DNA of 57,699 nucleotides from Clostridia bacterium (GTDB lineage Bacteria; Bacillota; Clostridia; Oscillospirales; SIG627): NCBI GenBank assembly GCA_017439965.1, contig JAFSID010000076.1, positions 1 to 57,699 of the forward strand, read 5' to 3'. Shown piece by piece: positions 52,373 to 57,699 of this stretch (position 1 is its first letter; each line of letters starts with the position of its first letter). The notes under the pieces were generated by a model. It saw only the letters and a program-made list of their open reading frames with translations, ran no database searches and was not told where the DNA came from. The position numbers and the translations under genes were made by a program.

Positions 52373-52403
52373 ACCACTATATTAAATTAAAAAGGAAACT
52401 GCT

Positions 52404-53735
52404 TTGAAAAAATTCAAATTATTCAGGATATCATCCTTTCAAAAAATCATAATCGGATTTGCCCTGCTGATACTTATCGGAAGCCTTTTGTTAACCCTTC
52501 CGATAGCATCAAGAAGCGGTGAAAAAACTCCCTTCGTTGACGCTCTGTTTACGGCAACGAGTACTGCCTGCGTGACGGGTCTTGTCGTTCAGGACACTGC
52601 TACCTACTGGTCGGGCTTCGGTCAGGCGGTAATAATCACGCTGATACAGATAGGCGGTCTCGGAGTTATCACTATGATGCTTCTTGCGTATATGCTTACG
52701 GGTAAAAAAATAGGTCTTGCCCAAAGAAGCACTATGCAGGACTCGATATCCGCACATCAGGTTGGCGGAATAGTCAGATATACACGCTTCATTCTGCTTG
52801 TAACGGCAATTATCGAGCTGACGGGCGCTGTGCTTCTGTCCATCACCTTTTGCAGTGAGTTTGGAGTGGGACGCGGAATATGGTACTCATTTTTCCATTC
52901 TATCTCTGCCTTCTGTAACGCAGGCTTCGACCTGATGGGTATCAAGGGGCCCTTCTCATCACTTACCTCTTACGTTTCACATCCGTTCGTAACACTCGTT
53001 GTCTGCTTGCTCATTATCTGCGGAAGCCTCGGCTTTCTCACCTGGCAGGATATCAAAGCTCATAAGCTTTCCTTCAGGCGCTACTCCTTTCAATCAAAGG
53101 TCGTGATTCTTTTTACGGCTATATTGATAATCCTTCCTGCCGTATATTTCTTCTTTATTGACTTTGCGGGTCTTGATTTAAAGACGCGCACGCTCGCCTC
53201 CCTCTTTCAGTCGGTAACCCTTCGTACAGCAGGCTTTAATACCGTAGACATCAACGCAATGAATGACGTTTCCAAGCTCATTATGATGGGGGTTATGCTT
53301 GTAGGCGGTGCTCCCGGCTCGACTGCGGGCGGTATGAAAATAACGACACTCGCGGTTATTCTTTCGGCATCAATTTCGGTATTCAAAAGAAGAGACTCAG
53401 CGCAGATGTTCAAGCGTCGCATTGACGATTCGACCGTCAGACACGCTCTGGCAATACTTTCGCTCTATCTGTTTTTATTCTTAACCTCGGGCTTTGTGAT
53501 AAGCCTCGTTGAATCGCTTCCGCTTATAGACTGTCTGTTTGAAACGGCTTCAGCCGTTGCAACCGTCGGCATTACGGTAGGTATAACAACGAGCCTCTCG
53601 ACTCTGTCAAGACTCATTCTGATTATGCTTATGTTCTTCGGTAGAGTGGGCGGTCTTACGCTTATTTACGCAACCCTTTCGGGCACGCGCAATACATCCT
53701 CAAAGCTTCCCGTGGAAAAAATTATTGTTGGATAA
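52404..53735 (+). CDS. ktrB: TrkH/KtrB family potassium transporter membrane subunit
   Basis: 443 aa, TTG start. Repeated pore motifs (TACVTGL, CNAGFD, RTAGFN, TVGITV). Confidence 0.85.
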   Translation: MKKFKLFRISSFQKIIIGFALLILIGSLLLTLPIASRSGEKTPFVDALFTATSTACVTGLVVQDTATYWSGFGQAVIITLIQIGGLGVITMMLLAYMLTGKKIGLAQRSTMQDSISAHQVGGIVRYTRFILLVTAIIELTGAVLLSITFCSEFGVGRGIWYSFFHSISAFCNAGFDLMGIKGPFSSLTSYVSHPFVTLVVCLLIICGSLGFLTWQDIKAHKLSFRRYSFQSKVVILFTAILIILPAVYFFFIDFAGLDLKTRTLASLFQSVTLRTAGFNTVDINAMNDVSKLIMMGVMLVGGAPGSTAGGMKITTLAVILSASISVFKRRDSAQMFKRRIDDSTVRHALAILSLYLFLFLTSGFVISLVESLPLIDCLFETASAVATVGITVGITTSLSTLSRLILIMLMFFGRVGGLTLIYATLSGTRNTSSKLPVEKIIVG

Positions 53736-53744
53736 GGAGATTAT

Positions 53745-54392
53745 ATGAAATCGGTTTTACTTATAGGTCTTGGACTTTTCGGTCAGCATACGGCTCAAAA
53801 GCTCGCAGAGGACAAGCACGAAATAATGGCAATAGACAAAGTTGAGGAGAGAGTTAATTCTATTCTTCCTTACGTTACGGGAGCGCTTATCGGTGACTCC
53901 ACAAACCGTGACTTTCTCGACTCGCTCGGGGTAGACAATTACGACCTTTGTATCGTAACGATTGGTGACGATTTTCAGGCATCGCTTGAAACGACGAGTC
54001 TCTTAAGAGAGCTTGGCGCGAAAACGGTGGTATCCCGTGCATCAAGTGATATTCACGAAAAGTTTCTGCTTCGTAACGGTGCAGACGAGGTAATATACCC
54101 CGAAAAACAGCTTGCCGAATGGGCTGCAACGAGATATACCTCCGACCATATTCTCGACTTTATTCAAATCGACAGCGACCACTCAATATTTGAGCTTGTC
54201 GTTCCTGAAAGCTGGTACGGTAAAACGATTCTCGAATTGAACATCCGTAAAAAATACAACATCAACATTATAGCGTACAAGGAGGACGGTAGGATAAATA
54301 TGACTGTTTCTCCCGACCTTGTGTTCTCGGCAAATCACACCGTTCTCGTCGTAGGACGCGACCGCGACATTGAAAGGTGCTTCCATATTTAA
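53745..54392 (+). CDS. ktrA: TrkA-N/KtrA potassium uptake regulatory subunit
   Basis: VLLIGLGLFG Rossmann motif plus a C-terminal RCK_C-like region. Confidence 0.85.
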   Translation: MKSVLLIGLGLFGQHTAQKLAEDKHEIMAIDKVEERVNSILPYVTGALIGDSTNRDFLDSLGVDNYDLCIVTIGDDFQASLETTSLLRELGAKTVVSRASSDIHEKFLLRNGADEVIYPEKQLAEWAATRYTSDHILDFIQIDSDHSIFELVVPESWYGKTILELNIRKKYNINIIAYKEDGRINMTVSPDLVFSANHTVLVVGRDRDIERCFHI

Positions 54393-54394
54393 GT

Positions 54395-55099
54395 ATGAAA
54401 AAGAAAATTCTGAACTCACTTAAATCGGCATTTCCTCATACCGTGCCGATAATGGCAGGCTTTTTATTCCTTGGAATGTCATACGGAATTTTCGCTCGGT
54501 CAAAGGGGCTTCCGCCCTGGCTTCCGACCTTGACGAGCATTGCGGTATTCGGTGGCTCGCTCGAATTTGTCGGAGTAAGCCTCTTGACCTCTGCATTTTC
54601 ACCGATACAAGCCTTTTTGATGGGACTTATGGTTCAGGCAAGGCATCTGTTTTACGGAGTATCCATGCTTGAAAAATACAAGTCAACGGGTAGAGCAAAG
54701 CCATATCTCGTATACGGACTTTGTGACGAGACCTTCTCCATAAACTATACCGCAACGCCATCTGATAAAGCCGACAGAGTATGGTTTATGCTCTTCGTAA
54801 CCCTTTTAAACCATCTGTACTGGATAACGGGTGCAACCGTGGGAAGTCTTATCGGAAGCGTATTTCCGTTCAGCACAGAAGGGCTTGATTTCGTTATGAC
54901 GGCAATGTTTGCGGTGATATTTCTTGAGCAATTACTTAAAGAAAAAAGACATTATACCTCAATGATAGGTTTTGCTTCAACGGTGCTCTGTCTTATTATT
55001 TTCGGCTCCGGGTCATTCCTGATACCGTCGATGATATTGATACTCACGCTTCTTCTTGCGTTTTCCAAGCCCATTGAAAAGCGAGGTGGTCTTGAATGA
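54395..55099 (+). CDS. azlC: AzlC family branched-chain amino acid transporter
   Basis: [25 protein letters not shown]...; followed by azlD with a 4-nt overlap. Confidence 0.8.
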   Translation: MKKKILNSLKSAFPHTVPIMAGFLFLGMSYGIFARSKGLPPWLPTLTSIAVFGGSLEFVGVSLLTSAFSPIQAFLMGLMVQARHLFYGVSMLEKYKSTGRAKPYLVYGLCDETFSINYTATPSDKADRVWFMLFVTLLNHLYWITGATVGSLIGSVFPFSTEGLDFVMTAMFAVIFLEQLLKEKRHYTSMIGFASTVLCLIIFGSGSFLIPSMILILTLLLAFSKPIEKRGGLE

Positions 55100-55422
55100 C
55101 GACGGGACAAATTCTCATAACAGTGCTTATGCTTACACTTGCAACGGTGCTTACAAGGGCACTTCCCTTTCTCGTTTTTTCACGGATGAAAAATCCGCCG
55201 AAATTCATAGCCTATCTCGGCAAGGCTCTGCCTCCCGCAATATTTGCGCTTCTTCTCGTTTACTGTCTGAAGAGCGTTGACCTCCTTGCAGGCTCTCACG
55301 GTATCCCCGAGGCAATAGCGCTTGCGACGGTCATTCTTTTGCATCTTTGGAAAAGGCAGATGCTTTTATCAATAGGTGTCGGTACGGTAGTGTATATGCT
55401 GATGGTTCAGCTTGTTTTCTAA
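55096..55422 (+). CDS. azlD: AzlD family protein
   Basis: 108 aa, 4 TM helices, ...[13 protein letters not shown] motif. Confidence 0.8.
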   Translation: MTTGQILITVLMLTLATVLTRALPFLVFSRMKNPPKFIAYLGKALPPAIFALLLVYCLKSVDLLAGSHGIPEAIALATVILLHLWKRQMLLSIGVGTVVYMLMVQLVF

Positions 55423-55429
55423 GCCTAAA

Positions 55430-55461
55430 GGCAGTATCCAAAGAGGTACTGCCTATTTTTT
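55430..55461 (+). terminator. intrinsic terminator after azlD
   Basis: GGCAGTA pairs with TACTGCC, followed by T6. Confidence 0.65.
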
Positions 55462-55544
55462 CATTCAAAAAACTAATTTTTTCAAAAGACTTGACAAACA
55501 TCTTATTTTCTGTTATTGTAGACGTATATAAAGGAGGCTTCGGT

Positions 55545-57425
55545 ATGAAAATAATAATCAAAAACACTTGTGAATACGTTGAAATCATAAAAGAGGCAAT
55601 ATCCGATACAATAGCAGAATGGGGCGAGGGAGGTCTTGTTATAGAGGCTATTCCCTGCACCCGTGAAAAGGGCTTGAGGATAAGCTCGGACGGTAAGAAT
55701 GCTACCGTGCATTACTCTTCGCTCACCGCACTTCTCCGTGCTGTCGGAATACTCATTTCATACGGTGACGAGCCCTTCACAAAGGAGGAAAAGCTCCGCT
55801 TTAACTATCTCGGAAATATGGTGGACTGCTCAAGAAATGCGGTTGTAAATCTCGACACACTCAAAAAAATTATACGCTCCTGTTCTCTTATGGGTCACAA
55901 CTGTATGATGCTTTATACCGAGGACACCTACGAGATTCCCTCGGAAAAATATTTCGGTCATATGCGAGGAAGATATTCTCAAAACGAGCTCCGCGAGCTT
56001 GATGCGTATGCAGAGCGCTTCGGAATCGAGCTTATGCCCTGCATTCAAACGCTTGCTCACCTTGAGGGTATGTTTGCCTGGCCCGCAATGCAGAAGTACC
56101 GCGATATAGAAAACATTATGAACGTTGCTGACGAAGAGGTTTACGAGCTTATTGACAAGATGCTTGAATCAATGAGCAAGAGTCTCAAGAGCCGTAAAAT
56201 CAACGTAGGCATGGACGAGGCTCATCTGCTTGGCAGAGGCAAGTATCTTGATAAAGCGGGATACTCGGAGCGTGTTGACATTATGTACAAGCACCTCCAA
56301 AGAGTCGTCGAAATATGCAAGAAATACGGATATGAGCCTTTGATCTGGGATGATATGTTCTTCCGTGTAAATTCTCCCAACGGAAGCTACTATAAGGGCT
56401 TTGTAACCGAAAAGGAGGCGTCACTCGTTCCTCCCGAGGTAAATCTCGTATATTGGGATTATTCCTGGCCCAATATTGAGCCTTACACAGAAATGCTTGA
56501 AAAGCACAAGGTTTTCAAGAACAATAAGATATCCTTTGCAGGCGGCTCGTTCTGTTGGTACGGCGGAGTTTTGCAGACTGCGTTTGCAATGAACGCCAGC
56601 CGTTCGGCACTCACTGCAATTTTTAACAATACCGTTGAAATGGACGTTGTGCTTATCACCGAATGGGGTGACGACGGTGCTTATACTCCTATTACCGCCT
56701 CCCTCCCCATTATGATAATGTACGGCGAAGGAGCGTGGGCAGGTGACCTCTCCGACGAGACCGTTGACAAGAGGCTTCGCGTTTTCGGAGAAGCGCTTGA
56801 GGACTTCTACGCAATGGATGACGTAAACTTTACGCCCGAGATTGAGCACATCAGAGGTCGGGACATTATGCTCACTCACAATTATCTTCTCCATCAGGAC
56901 GTGCTTCTCGGTCTTTGGGACTACCACGCGCCCGTTAACCCTTGTGAGCATTACAGAAGGACAGCCGAAAGGATGCGCGCTATTGCCGATAAGAAAACTC
57001 CCCTTTCGCACGTATACGACGCTATCGAAAAGCTCGCTCTCGCACTTGAGCTCAAGGCTAACCTCGGTATTCGCACGAAGGATGCGTATGACAAGGATGA
57101 CAAGGAGGAGCTTCGCAAAATTGCACTTGAGGTCATTCCCGAATGCATCAAGCGTATGAGGGCATTCGGAAACGCCTTCCGTTATCAGTGGAGGCTCACA
57201 AACAAGGACTACGGAATTGAAGTATTCGACACCCGCCTCGGCGGTGCTATATACCGTCTTGAAGACGTGGCAGAGGTGCTTTTAGCTTACGTTGACGGCA
57301 AACGCGATTCAATCAACGAGCTTGAGCAGGAGCGTCTCCCCTTCCATACCTACGGTAAGGAAAAGAACGTACCTATAAGCTGCTTCTATATTCAGGAAGC
57401 ACAAACCGTTGGAAGATTAATATAA
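55545..57425 (+). CDS. glycoside hydrolase family 20-like protein (paralog of 8171-9802 with an extra N-terminal domain)
   Basis: AAGGAGG RBS, ATG 55545. MVDCSRN...MLYTEDTYEI...GRYSQNELRELDAYAERFGIELMPCIQTLAHL...VGMDEAH. Confidence 0.7.
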   Translation: MKIIIKNTCEYVEIIKEAISDTIAEWGEGGLVIEAIPCTREKGLRISSDGKNATVHYSSLTALLRAVGILISYGDEPFTKEEKLRFNYLGNMVDCSRNAVVNLDTLKKIIRSCSLMGHNCMMLYTEDTYEIPSEKYFGHMRGRYSQNELRELDAYAERFGIELMPCIQTLAHLEGMFAWPAMQKYRDIENIMNVADEEVYELIDKMLESMSKSLKSRKINVGMDEAHLLGRGKYLDKAGYSERVDIMYKHLQRVVEICKKYGYEPLIWDDMFFRVNSPNGSYYKGFVTEKEASLVPPEVNLVYWDYSWPNIEPYTEMLEKHKVFKNNKISFAGGSFCWYGGVLQTAFAMNASRSALTAIFNNTVEMDVVLITEWGDDGAYTPITASLPIMIMYGEGAWAGDLSDETVDKRLRVFGEALEDFYAMDDVNFTPEIEHIRGRDIMLTHNYLLHQDVLLGLWDYHAPVNPCEHYRRTAERMRAIADKKTPLSHVYDAIEKLALALELKANLGIRTKDAYDKDDKEELRKIALEVIPECIKRMRAFGNAFRYQWRLTNKDYGIEVFDTRLGGAIYRLEDVAEVLLAYVDGKRDSINELEQERLPFHTYGKEKNVPISCFYIQEAQTVGRLI

Positions 57426-57575
57426 AAGTGGCTGGCAGCCGCCGACAATTCTCGCCTATCTTAATCTATGCATACAGTCAAGCAAAGTAAAACGGCGAAG
57501 TCGTATTAAATGCAATTTTTTAGTATAAAAAGAATGCTGAGTCATTTGACTCAGCATTCTCAGTCTGTCGAAAAA

Positions 57576-57599
57576 GTCACTCTAAGGAGTGGCTTTTTT
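57576..57599 (+). terminator. intrinsic terminator
   Basis: GTCACTC-TAAG-GAGTGGC followed by T6. Preceded by a 12-bp hairpin GAATGCTGAGTC/GACTCAGCATTC at 57532-57559. Confidence 0.6.
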
Positions 57600-57646
57600 G
57601 CGTTAGATATGGTATAATGGAGGTAGAAAAAATGTGAGGTAAAGAT

Positions 57647-57699
57647 ATGCTGAGTAAGGGACAAAACGGAAGAGAACAAATGGAAATGGTATGGCTCGA
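57647..57699 (+). CDS. start of a possible IS1182/IS5-type transposase (3' end outside window)
   Basis: GAGG RBS. MLSKGQNGREQMEMVWL resembles the ...R.Q.E(M/L)V.LD(E/D)LVP N-termini of that transposase group. Only 17 codons are visible. Confidence 0.3.
   Translation, partial: MLSKGQNGREQMEMVWL

Noticed and set aside
52269..52403. A c-di-AMP (ydaO-type) riboswitch upstream of ktrBA.
   Set aside because: Only about 30 nt separate the predicted -10 from the TTG start, leaving no room for a riboswitch.

Overview
The window looks like a low-GC Gram-positive (Clostridia-like) chromosome: Shine-Dalgarno GGAGG sites, TTGACA/TATAAT promoters, a T-box leader, SipW/TasA-type and sortase genes. All product calls come from motif recognition by eye; no homology search was run.

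Layout:
1. 1-4.9 kb: a visibly AT-richer accessory island. It holds a four-helix-bundle protein, a structured RNA leader, a GIY-YIG-XRE nuclease, an XRE-sigma region 4-alphaCTD chimera, a PD-(D/E)xK (HsdR_N-like) nuclease and an unknown protein.
2. 4.9-22 kb: housekeeping and metabolic genes. These are a sugar isomerase/oxidoreductase pair, an AraC regulator, a GH20 hydrolase, an orphan trpB behind a Trp T-box, a pxpABC 5-oxoprolinase operon interleaved with split D-glutamate-cyclase-like genes, a PadR module, a MATE transporter and a GntR-ABC operon.
3. 22.2-38.1 kb: the most unusual region, a co-oriented 16-kb surface-fibre locus. It has two SipW-type signal peptidases, seven proteins with SipW-cognate signal peptides (TasA/camelysin-like and BsaA-like classes), three of which share a near-identical 5' module fused to different LRR or beta-helix adhesin modules. 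It also has a Cna-B stalk protein with a PPATG sorting signal, a LysM protein with 31 perfect DTPEST repeats, and a class B sortase. A conserved double-hairpin RNA element recurs five times in the locus. The locus also carries one homopolymer frameshift and one in-frame stop.
4. 38.1-57.7 kb: tandemly duplicated EEP and M14-like genes, GH2, galM, cysK, putP, ktrBA, azlCD, a second GH20, and the start of a possible IS transposase at the window edge.
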